Origin: Trueperaceae bacterium
GTDB taxonomy: Bacteria; Deinococcota; Deinococci; Deinococcales; Trueperaceae
Length of the DNA: 64,000 bases
Direction: 5' to 3'
Assembly: GCA_965213925.1 (NCBI GenBank)
Contig: OZ243927.1
Coordinates: 3,776,001-3,840,000, forward strand
Below are positions 39,801 to 48,727 of the stretch, one piece after another. The notes under the pieces were generated by a model, which saw nothing but the letters and a program-made list of their open reading frames with translations, was not told the DNA's origin and made no database searches. The position numbers and the translations under genes are program-made. How positions within the stretch are numbered: position 1 is the stretch's first letter; every line of letters starts with the position of its first letter.

Positions 39801-41326
39801 GTGAAGTAGCGCGAAAGAGGTTTGTCGTGGGTGGACAAGGCGGCGGGCGGCGTGTCGCTACCCATCGCGCCGATAGGGTCTTTGCCCTCGTTCGCCATCG
39901 GGGTGAGGAGGTAGCGAAGCTCCTCCCTGGTGTAGCCGAAGGCGCGTTGGTAGCCGCGCAGCACCTCTTGTGAGAAGTCATCCTCGGGCGCTTCTGACTC
40001 GTCCAAGTCGCGCAGCTTGAGGCGGTTCTCGTCCAGCCACCGCGCGTACTTCTCATCGGTTAATGCCCCGAAAATCTCCTCTTCGGGGACGATGCGCCCT
40101 TCATTCGTGTCAGCCAAAAACATCTGTCCGGGCTCGAGCCGCCCCTTGAATTCGACCTGTTCCGGCGGCGTCTGCAACACGCCCGCCTCGCTCGCCATGA
40201 TGAGCATCCCTGACTTGGTGACTAGATAGCGGCAAGGACGAAGCCCGTTACGGTCTAAAACAGCGGCGACGCGGCTGCCGTCCGAAACCGCAATCAGCGC
40301 GGGACCGTCCCACGGCTCGACGAGCGTCGCGTGATAGTCGTAAAAGGCGCGGCGTTCCGGGCTCATCGCCTCGTCTTTCTGCCACGCTTCGGGCACGAGC
40401 ATCCGCAAAGCGTGAGGGAGGTCGCGTCCGGCGGCGATGAGAAGTTCCAACACGCTGTCCAAGGCGGCGGTGTCGCTCGAGCCCTCCGGGATGAGCGGCG
40501 TGAGCTGTTCCACGTCCTCCAATTTGTCCGAGCTGAGCACCGCCTCCCGCGCCCGCATCCAGTTGAGGTTGCCGCGCAGGGTGTTGATCTCGCCGTTATG
40601 AATAATCGTGCGGTAGGGATGGGCGAGCTTCCACGCGCCCAACGTATTGGTGGAAAAGCGGGCGTGAACTAAGGTGAGGCTCGAGGTGAAGCGCTCGTCC
40701 GACAAATCGGGGTAGTACGTTCTCAGTTGATGGCAGGTCAGAAGCCCTTTGTAGACAATGCGCCGCCGGTCGAGTGAGCAGATATAGAAGGCGTCATTGG
40801 GCGCGTTTTTTCTGACCTTCCGGTCCATCTTGTGGCGCAAGGTGTAAAGCTGCGCGTTGAAGTCGTCTGACGACAATACCTCTTGCGGCTTCACGAAGAG
40901 CTGCACTACAGCGGGCTCGCTCCGCAGCGCGGTCTCGCCGAGTCCGGTGTTGTCTGTCGGCACGTCGCGCCAGGCGATGACCTCGAAACCCGCGTCCTCT
41001 ACAACCTCTTCGATAAGCTCGCGGGGCGTACGCTGCTCGCTCTCATCTTTAGGCATGAATATCTGCCCGACGCCGTAGCTACCTGCTTCACCCAAAGGCA
41101 GGAGGTCGCTAAAAAAGGCGTGGGGAACTTGCACCATCATGCCCGCGCCGTCGCCCGTCGCCTCCTCCGCGCCCCGCGCACCCCGGTGGTCGAGGTCGGC
41201 TAAGAGGTCTAAGCCTTGCTGCACCAAGCTGTGCCGCTGAGTCCCCTTGAGGTCAACCAAAACGCCCACGCCGCAGTTCGCGTGTTCAAAGGACGGGTCA
41301 ACAAGTCCTAGCCTATCTCGGTTCAT
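36799..41326 (-). pseudogene. gltB: Glutamate synthase large subunit, +1 frameshift near 39745 (pseudogene or sequencing error)
   Basis: CGVG, HARFSTNT, HNGEINT, FAQVSNPP in 39623-41326; QVASGRFGV, SPPPHHDIYSIEDL, CxxxxxC..C in 36799-39744. One extra base at RESL/VTSL. Confidence 0.9.
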
Positions 41327-41657
41327 GGGCGCTCTCCTTTAGTGAATTGATCGGCAGTGTAGGAATGACTGTCGCTAGCTGTGTAACAAAACGTGTACAA
41401 AGTGCATAAAATAGCGCGACAGTAGAGTCTGTGTGTATTTTTTACCATGAAAGCGGGCTTCACGTATAGCCCCAAGTCTTACGTTTGGTAACGCGGGTAA
41501 GATTTTCGCAGAGGCTCAGCGTAGATTGACTCAAAAAGAGGAGCCCCGCTGAGGGGGCTCGAGTGGGGTCAGAGATGGTCTTGGAATCCTGAAGACTTTT
41601 CAGCAAGAGTGCAATTGGTATTATGCTCTGCCTAAATTTTGCAGGTCTAGGTACGGC

Positions 41658-42107
41658 TTAATACGCTTTCAACTGGTCGCTGTAGGCCTGCGCTTCTGCT
41701 TTGGCACTGAACATTTTGTATTCGGCGCTTATCGGTATGACGCCTTCTAGCGTAAAGATTGCAATAAGCTTTTTCAAATCCGCTTCAAAAGTGGCAGTTG
41801 CGTCGGCGAGCATTAGCTCTAACGCTGCTTCATTTGTATTAGCCCGCCCACTCATCCGACGTGTCATTTCATCACCGCTCACTGACCCGCTGAATACATC
41901 ATCAACTGTTTTCCCATAAAAGAGCCGTGGTGCGCCTCCGTAGTCTACAATCCACTGCGCTGCGCTGTCAGACAAAACCAGTAAGCTTTGAGAACCGTCT
42001 TCCCCGACCAGATGGAAAATTTGAGCAGACGCTGTGGCTGCCCATGTCATAATCAGGACAAAAAAAGGAATTAACACTCGTCGTTTCACGTATGCAATAC
42101 AGTTCAT
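41658..42107 (-). CDS. Hypothetical secreted protein
   Basis: Signal-peptide-like N-terminus; lower GC; TATGCT 6 nt before the ATG. Confidence 0.6.
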   Translation of the reverse strand: MNCIAYVKRRVLIPFFVLIMTWAATASAQIFHLVGEDGSQSLLVLSDSAAQWIVDYGGAPRLFYGKTVDDVFSGSVSGDEMTRRMSGRANTNEAALELMLADATATFEADLKKLIAIFTLEGVIPISAEYKMFSAKAEAQAYSDQLKAY

Positions 42108-42161
42108 AGTTTCAGCATAAGCCGCGAAGGATTTCGTCCCAACAAATCTGTCACAGATAGT

Positions 42162-43151
42162 TTACGGCAGCGCCACCTCGCCCCACACAAGACAGTGGTC
42201 CGAGCCTGTCTCTTGACAGTCCGTCCCGGCACGTAGCGGCGTCATCCCTTCAGAGACCCAGATGTGGTCGATGCGAATGAAGGGAAAGGGCGGCACGTCT
42301 CTATTCGCGGGAAAGGTGAAGCCGAAGCCCCCCTCTGCCGCGCGGTAGACATTTTCAAACTCGGCTGCAAAGTCACGGTACGCCGCCTCGAAGTCGCTCA
42401 GGTTGAAGTCGCCTAAAATCACCACAGGGTTCTGCGTCTCGTCCGCCTGCTCTAAAATCCCTGCTAGGTTATCGTTGCGCACGCTCGCGTCGTAGCTGCG
42501 CGTGGTGGATAAAAAAGCCTCTTCGGGTAGGTCGTTGCCAAAAGGCGTCGGCGGGTGAACGTTGAGAAGGGTGACGCTCTGGTCATTTACGCGCAGACTG
42601 ACCTCTTGCACGCGGGTCATGGGGTCGTAGTCTACCGCCTCTAACGGGTAACGGCTGACGACGCCTAAGCCTATCGAGGGCTCTCTGCCGAGCGTCTCGT
42701 AGGCGTTTAAGACCCTATGCGGATAATCCTCGAGTTCGGCTAGCGCGTCCGCGACTGCGGGCGAGAGTTCTTGGATGGCGATAACGTCCGCGCCGTGCGC
42801 GGTCACTGCCCCTATGATGCTTTCTATATTGTCATTATTCGCCAACTGGTTGAGCGTGACGAAGCGTAAGGTCGGCGCGTCCGTCTCCGGCACAGCCCTA
42901 GGCAAAAGCCAAGGACCGAACATCAAGATGAAAAGCGCATAAAACGCGAGCGTCGCGATTTTCAGTTGAAGCGAGTTGATAAGAAAAGCTAAGGGGACGA
43001 GCAGGACGAGCGGCAAAAACCAGAGCGCGGTGAAGATGCTGGGGAGCGCTACCCAGACAGGCGGGTTGACAAGAGCGATATTAAGCAGGGCGAGTAAGAT
43101 AAGGACAAATACGTAAAGAGAAACAGCAGAGGCGAAGATGCGGCGAATCAT
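42162..43151 (-). CDS. Endonuclease/exonuclease/phosphatase family protein, membrane-anchored (YafD-like)
   Basis: Three N-terminal TM segments; IAIQE, LGDFN, RIDHI, SDH. Confidence 0.87.
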   Translation of the reverse strand: MIRRIFASAVSLYVFVLILLALLNIALVNPPVWVALPSIFTALWFLPLVLLVPLAFLINSLQLKIATLAFYALFILMFGPWLLPRAVPETDAPTLRFVTLNQLANNDNIESIIGAVTAHGADVIAIQELSPAVADALAELEDYPHRVLNAYETLGREPSIGLGVVSRYPLEAVDYDPMTRVQEVSLRVNDQSVTLLNVHPPTPFGNDLPEEAFLSTTRSYDASVRNDNLAGILEQADETQNPVVILGDFNLSDFEAAYRDFAAEFENVYRAAEGGFGFTFPANRDVPPFPFIRIDHIWVSEGMTPLRAGTDCQETGSDHCLVWGEVALP

Positions 43152-43197
43152 AGGCTCGAGTCTAAACTAAAGGGAGCCGAGTGGCGTACCGGAAGAC

Positions 43198-43794
43198 CTA
43201 CATCCTCTCCTTTTGCGAACGGTTCACGCCCGACCTCTCACCCCGTCTACGCTGCAAACGTCGCACCTCTAAAAACCCGTGCAAGTTGACGAGAAAGTGC
43301 GCGATGATGGCTGCCCACAAGCTGCCCGTTAGAAGCGTCGCGTAGCCGAACGCCAAACCTGCGACGAAGGTGTAGACCGTATAGCTCCAGCCTTTGAGTG
43401 GTGCGGGGTGCAGGAGCCCGAAGACGAGCGCTTGACCCCACGCGCCGAGCGGCGACGCGCCAAAGAGCGAAAGGAGTGCGCCGCGAAAGAAGAGTTCTTC
43501 GGAAACGGAGGTGAGCGCGGCGAAAATGAACGCGAGTGGTAGCGAGATATGCAGACGAGACAGCGCGCGCTCCAGTAGCTTGCTCGCGGCGCGGAAGGAG
43601 GGGAGCAGCTTCTCTAAGAGCCACGCACCACCCAAGAGTCCACCCGCTAAAAGCGCGGCGGTGAGTAAAATTGTGAAGAGACCCGCGTCAGCCCCTAGCT
43701 CGAGAGGACGCCGTAGCAGCCACGCGCCGCCTAAAAGCCCTGTGAGCAGGCTCGGCGCGAAGATGAGGAGGCGTCTACGCCTTTCTAGCGTCAT
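43198..43794 (-). CDS. CPBP (CAAX/Abi) intramembrane metalloprotease
   Basis: EELFFRG, FGLLH, AHFLVN. Confidence 0.88.
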   Translation of the reverse strand: MTLERRRRLLIFAPSLLTGLLGGAWLLRRPLELGADAGLFTILLTAALLAGGLLGGAWLLEKLLPSFRAASKLLERALSRLHISLPLAFIFAALTSVSEELFFRGALLSLFGASPLGAWGQALVFGLLHPAPLKGWSYTVYTFVAGLAFGYATLLTGSLWAAIIAHFLVNLHGFLEVRRLQRRRGERSGVNRSQKERM

Positions 43795-43867
43795 GGTATT
43801 TAAGTTGGGCTCCGAGGCAGGCTGATCAGCGCTGCTTCTGCCGCGGGTACTTGCGACCTAGTAGCCG

Positions 43868-44407
43868 TCAGTAACTCTCCCTCACCCCGCTCATGATCTG
43901 CTCGTTGAGTTCGGGACCGTCCTCGTCACCATGTAATACCGAAACGTCACCCGTAGACTCGAACACGACAGCGCGCACTTGGCTGAGGCTCAGCACGTTC
44001 GCCTCGCGCAGTTTGCCGTAGAGGTCACTCTCGGTAACGCGGGCTTTCTTGAGGTTCTCGTAGTAGATCGTTTCGCCTTTCATCAGCAGGAGCGGCGAGT
44101 TGTCGAGAAGCCCTTTCGCCGCGCTGCTCTTCACGCGCAGAAGCGAAACGATATGTTGTCCTGCAAAGATAGAGGCGAACGCGACCGCGCCCCGCAGCAG
44201 CGGCGGGTCTTGAGACAACACTGTACTCGCGAAAACCGTGCCGAGCGCCACCGTCATCGCGAAGTCGAAGCTCGACATCTTCGAAAATGAGCGCAGCCCA
44301 TTGAGGCGCGTGAAGAGGATGATAAAGGCGTACGACCCTATCATAGACAAAAAGATGAGGAGCACGTTTCCCCACGGCACCAAAAACCAACTAGCTACGT
44401 TATCCAT
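43868..44407 (-). CDS. DUF421/YetF membrane protein
   Basis: GLRSFSKMSSFDF, KLREAN, VFESTGDVSVL. Confidence 0.85.
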   Translation of the reverse strand: MDNVASWFLVPWGNVLLIFLSMIGSYAFIILFTRLNGLRSFSKMSSFDFAMTVALGTVFASTVLSQDPPLLRGAVAFASIFAGQHIVSLLRVKSSAAKGLLDNSPLLLMKGETIYYENLKKARVTESDLYGKLREANVLSLSQVRAVVFESTGDVSVLHGDEDGPELNEQIMSGVRESY

Positions 44408-44482
44408 TCTGCTCTCCTCCAAAGTTGCGTCCGCCCGACGATGTCACGTACGCTGAGCGCCCATACGGATAGTCGGCTACGC

Positions 44483-45031
44483 CTACTTCTGCACGCCCGC
44501 CATGACCTCTTCGCTCAGTTCGTCGTCCGGGTTGGGCAAGTTGCAGAGCACCGAAATGTCGCCCGTAGATTCGAAAACCACGGCGCGCACCTGCCTAACG
44601 TTGATTACGTTCGCCTCGCGCAGCTTGCCGTAAAGGTCTTTTTGCGTCACGCGCACCCGCGCCAGATTTTCATGAAGCACCGTCGAGCCGTCCATAAGCA
44701 GCACGGGCTCGTTGTCGATGAGTTTGCGCAGGTCTTCGTCCCTCGAGCGCAAAAACGCCACCACCCGCTGACACGCGAAAATGGTGGCGAGCGCGGTGAT
44801 GCCCTGGAGCATACCCGGCGTCCCGGTGGCGATCGTGGTGGCGAAAAGCGAGCCGATAGCCACCGTCATCGCGAAGTCGAAACCCGACATCTTTGAGAAT
44901 GAGCGCAGCCCGTTAATTCGGGTGAGTAAGATGATGGCGCTGTAGACGCCCACCGTCGTGATGATGATGAGCGGCACAGTGCTCCACGGCATTAAAATCC
45001 AGTCGGCGACGTCGTTGGCTTGTGAACCCAT
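44483..45031 (-). CDS. DUF421/YetF membrane protein (tandem paralogue)
   Basis: Same motifs as 43868-44407. Confidence 0.85.
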   Translation of the reverse strand: MGSQANDVADWILMPWSTVPLIIITTVGVYSAIILLTRINGLRSFSKMSGFDFAMTVAIGSLFATTIATGTPGMLQGITALATIFACQRVVAFLRSRDEDLRKLIDNEPVLLMDGSTVLHENLARVRVTQKDLYGKLREANVINVRQVRAVVFESTGDISVLCNLPNPDDELSEEVMAGVQK

Positions 45032-45200
45032 AACGGACCCCCTTCTTCTCAACAACCGTATCACGCAAAGCGAGCCTTAAAGTGGAGTGCGCCTCGCCAA
45101 GCTCGAAGAGGTGCGCTTACCAAGAGGAGTACCAAACAACGCTTCGAAAGCTTTTCTCAAGCCTACTCAACGATCATAGGCTGAGGCTCAGCTCGCAGTG

Positions 45201-46349
45201 TTAGCTTGCAACCGCGCCGAGCCCGACATGCTCCAACATCATCCCCAAAATCTTCGCCGAGTCGAAATACTCCTCGGCAATCTTCCGCGCCGCCTCCGCG
45301 TGCGAGAGATAATCCGCGTTGATCGCTTCGACGCCTCTGGTAGCTTCGTCCAATGTCTCAAACGTGATCAAACCTTCACCCGTCGGCAACTGCTTTTCGA
45401 AGCCCGTAGACTGCACCAATGCAGGCTTACCGGATGCTAGATAACACGCGGTTCGGTCACTCACCCAGCCGCTGTTTGAGCGCACGTACCCCCCCTTCGC
45501 GACGCTGAATTCGGCTCTCGAGCCCCGAATAAACTCCCTATAGCTCTCAATATCGCCCGTGTACTGCGCAAAGTTCTGAACTTTCCACAAATGCCCGTCT
45601 AAGAGTCCCAAGTCCTCGTAGTCGTGCTGCCCGATGCAGAGCGCCAACTCGAAGCGCTCGCCCGTGTATGGGGGCAGCCGCAAGAACTTGACGAACTCGT
45701 CTCGTTTGCCACCGTGATAGACCCCTTCAAAAATCGCCTCTTGCGAGCCGCGCCAGTCGGCGATGGTGGAGAAGCGCGTGTAGGATTCGTCGATATTCGG
45801 CGTCCATTGGTCTAAGGCAATCGGCGGACGAATCACCCGCCAGTCGATGCCTTGCAGCGGAATCTTAAAGTCGGGCGTGCCCACCGTTTGACCGATGGTG
45901 AAGAAATGCGTGTGCTTTGAGAAGTTCATATCCACTTCGTGCGCCCAAATCTGCGTGAAGCCGGGGTCTACGTCCACGTAGGCGCGGCGCGGAACGCGCA
46001 TGAGAGGCGAACCTTCCGGCAAGTGCCCGCTGATGTTGATGAGCACGTCCGCCTCGTCCGCGAGTCCATTGAGTTCTTCTTCGCTCATGCCAAAATGCTG
46101 CTCGCCGCCGTTATAGACGATACAGTAGTTGTTTTCTAAACCAAACTGTTTCATCATCGCGGCAAACCGTTTAGTGAGGTAGTTTAGGCTGTGCGGATTT
46201 TTATCCGGTTTGACTTCGGGTAGGCGGTCTACCCAGTAGCTCTCGATGCCTAAAGCTCGTAAGCCCAACACGTACTGCAAGCGCACCCAGCTCGAGCCCG
46301 CAAACTCCGGCACCCCACTCGACTTTTGACTTCCTAAGATGACTTTCAT
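45201..46349 (-). CDS. Uncharacterised GT-B-like protein
   Basis: Paralogue of 46593-47738; C-terminal AK..YV..NSGW.SDR...YLASG.P resembles a GT-B donor-binding lobe. Confidence 0.6.
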   Translation of the reverse strand: MKVILGSQKSSGVPEFAGSSWVRLQYVLGLRALGIESYWVDRLPEVKPDKNPHSLNYLTKRFAAMMKQFGLENNYCIVYNGGEQHFGMSEEELNGLADEADVLINISGHLPEGSPLMRVPRRAYVDVDPGFTQIWAHEVDMNFSKHTHFFTIGQTVGTPDFKIPLQGIDWRVIRPPIALDQWTPNIDESYTRFSTIADWRGSQEAIFEGVYHGGKRDEFVKFLRLPPYTGERFELALCIGQHDYEDLGLLDGHLWKVQNFAQYTGDIESYREFIRGSRAEFSVAKGGYVRSNSGWVSDRTACYLASGKPALVQSTGFEKQLPTGEGLITFETLDEATRGVEAINADYLSHAEAARKIAEEYFDSAKILGMMLEHVGLGAVAS

Positions 46350-46395
46350 ATGTATCCTTTTCGCTGATAGGTTGATTTTTGTAGCAGGTTTTCGG

Positions 46396-46582
46396 TGTCA
46401 CCCTGAGCCTCTACGACGCTGCTCTGGTTTATCCTGTGGTTAGAAAGCGGAATGGATTGCGAAGGGTCTCATTTGGCTGCGCTAAAACCCCGTAATTGGC
46501 TGTGCCAAAACTTTGCAATTTGCGCTTCCCAGTTAGAGGAGAAGGCAAAGTCAGAGATTCTTCGCGTTCGCTCAGAATGACA
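46396..46582. repeat. TGTCA...TGACA REP-doublet element
   Basis: TGTCACCCTGAG...GCAAAGTCAGAGATTCTTCGCGTTCGCTCAGAATGACA. Confidence 0.7.
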
Positions 46583-46592
46583 CGGGTCACTT

Positions 46593-47738
46593 CTAATCCA
46601 AACAGCGCTCCAGCATTTCGGGTAATACCTTGCGGTAGTCGAGGTACTCACTAGTGAAGGCTCGAGCAGCTTTAGCGTGTTTGTCGTACTCGGCGCTGAT
46701 GAGGTTCGCACTTGCAGCGGCATCCTCGAGCGTCTCAAATGTTACTACCCCTTCACCCGTCGGCAGGATTCTCTCGAAGCCTGTAGAGTGCGCCAAGACC
46801 GGACGCCCGCTCGCTAGGTAGTGCGCGGCTCTATCGCTAAACCAGCCTGAATTGCCCTTGACGTAAGCGGTTTTGGCGATACCGATTTCTGCTTTGGACG
46901 TGCCGATGAAGTCTTTATAGCGCTCCAAAGAGGTGAGGGTTTGTGCCGACGAGATGCACCAGCCGCCGCGCCGTAAGGCTTGAATCCCTGCGTCTTCGTC
47001 GCGGTAGCTTTTGAGGGCGACTTCGAAGGGTTGTCCGCTGAGTTTGGGCAACTCGGCAAAGGCAGTGAACATCTCGTGCTTTGCGCCGTACCACTCGCCT
47101 TTGTACTCGAGGTCCCCGTAGCCACTCCACGACGCGATGGTGGTGAAGCGTCCGGTTTCACTAAGAGGTTCAGCAGTCCACAACTCAGGGACAATGACGG
47201 GCAAAAGAGGTTGCCAGCTTACGCCCGCGTCAGGAATTGGGCTGTGCTTTGTGCCGATGTTCAGTCCGACGGAGAAAAAGACCTCATGCGCGTCGAAGTT
47301 CAAGTTTGCATCGTATTCGGAGCGCCACAGTTGCGTATAGACGGGGTCTTGGTCCACGTAGACGCGGCGGGCGGCGTTAGAGAGGATAGCGTTCAGCGTC
47401 ACATGCCCCGACATGTTGATGAGCAGGGCGTCTTTCGTGTCATTGAGGAGTTCTTTTAAGGTCAACCCCGCTGTTTGCTCGCCGCCTTCAAAGACCTGAC
47501 ATGCGCGTTCGCTGAGCCCGAACTGCGTCATCAACTCTAAGAAGAGGTCACGGTTGGCGCTTTTTTCGTAGGCACAGGGTTCACCTCTTACGTTCACACA
47601 AGCGTCCGCGCCGATTTCCTCGACGAAGTAGACCTCATGTCCAAGCCGCTGCAAACCAGCGATGAAGTTGAAACGGTTCAGGACCGAGCCGGGGACGCAC
47701 GGATAGCGCGAGATGACGGAGCCGACGAGGATGGTCAT
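46593..47738 (-). CDS. Uncharacterised GT-B-like protein
   Basis: GLQRLGHEVYFVE N-terminus, DQDPVYTQ, AKTAYVKGNSGWFSDRAAHYLASGRP. Confidence 0.6.
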   Translation of the reverse strand: MTILVGSVISRYPCVPGSVLNRFNFIAGLQRLGHEVYFVEEIGADACVNVRGEPCAYEKSANRDLFLELMTQFGLSERACQVFEGGEQTAGLTLKELLNDTKDALLINMSGHVTLNAILSNAARRVYVDQDPVYTQLWRSEYDANLNFDAHEVFFSVGLNIGTKHSPIPDAGVSWQPLLPVIVPELWTAEPLSETGRFTTIASWSGYGDLEYKGEWYGAKHEMFTAFAELPKLSGQPFEVALKSYRDEDAGIQALRRGGWCISSAQTLTSLERYKDFIGTSKAEIGIAKTAYVKGNSGWFSDRAAHYLASGRPVLAHSTGFERILPTGEGVVTFETLEDAAASANLISAEYDKHAKAARAFTSEYLDYRKVLPEMLERCLD

Positions 47739-48727
47739 GAGGTTACGCCTCGCTTTAGAACTTCGTGTAATTCTTCCGCCAACGCGATAATGCCTCGAGT
47801 GTGTTCTAAGGAATCCCCGTTCTCTAAGGTTAGACTGAGCCAGTACATCACGCGGTAGAGCCGCATATACGCAAGGTGAAACTGCATCTCTCGCTCACCG
47901 GGCAGGGTGAGACCTCTTATCGTCGCCTCGGCGCTGAACGCACCCCAAAGTTGCTCCAACTGCGCTCCTTCAAAGCCGTCCGCTAAACACACAAAGTCAT
48001 AGAGCGGCGTGCCGAGCGCGGCGCTTTCCCAATCGGTGGGAGCGACGCGGTACGGATTTTTGCTAACGAGGATGTTGTGCGGGCGATACGCGCCGTGAAC
48101 GAGCGTCGTGGGTTGCGCGGTGATGAATTCGGTCGCGGCGTCGTACGTCTGGACAATCGGCGCTAGACGTTCGGCTAGTGCTTCTGAAACTTGCGCCGTG
48201 ACCTCTCGAGCCTGTCTGCTTTTCTCGAGAAAAAACGCCGCGTTGTGACGTAAAAGCGTGGGGTGCTCTAAGTGTTCGGGATGCGCTTTATTATAGCCTT
48301 GAAAACGCCCGAGCCACGCCGCCGCGCTGACCCAGTGTTCGAACTCGCAGTAGCTCAGTTCCCGACCAGGAACGTACTCCAAGAGAAGCCAAAATTGACC
48401 TCTTTCTTCGTTCCACACCTTGCCGACGTAGTCAGGTTCACCGAGCGACGAGCCCGCGAGAATCTCTTCGTACATGGCACGTTCACGTTCGCGCCGCTGC
48501 CGCAAGGATTCGTCTTTGGGGAGCCTCGAGCTGCCGAAGTCTTTGAGGAAGTAGGTCTCTTCTTTGCCCGAAGTGAACGTCACGTCAACTAAGCGAGTCT
48601 CGTAGGAATACAGGTCAGCGCCGATGGTGCGCTCTTCGAGCGTATCCACCTTCTCCTCTTGCCCAGTGCGGCGCACAACGGCGCGTTCAACCTCTTGCAC
48701 TAGCGCACGGTCCATCACGTCAGGCAT
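47735..48727 (-). CDS. Aminoglycoside phosphotransferase/choline kinase-fold protein
   Basis: FLKD, RE..MY, LLLEYV, TLVHGAYRPHNIL, TDWE. Confidence 0.75.
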   Translation of the reverse strand: MPDVMDRALVQEVERAVVRRTGQEEKVDTLEERTIGADLYSYETRLVDVTFTSGKEETYFLKDFGSSRLPKDESLRQRRERERAMYEEILAGSSLGEPDYVGKVWNEERGQFWLLLEYVPGRELSYCEFEHWVSAAAWLGRFQGYNKAHPEHLEHPTLLRHNAAFFLEKSRQAREVTAQVSEALAERLAPIVQTYDAATEFITAQPTTLVHGAYRPHNILVSKNPYRVAPTDWESAALGTPLYDFVCLADGFEGAQLEQLWGAFSAEATIRGLTLPGEREMQFHLAYMRLYRVMYWLSLTLENGDSLEHTRGIIALAEELHEVLKRGVTS

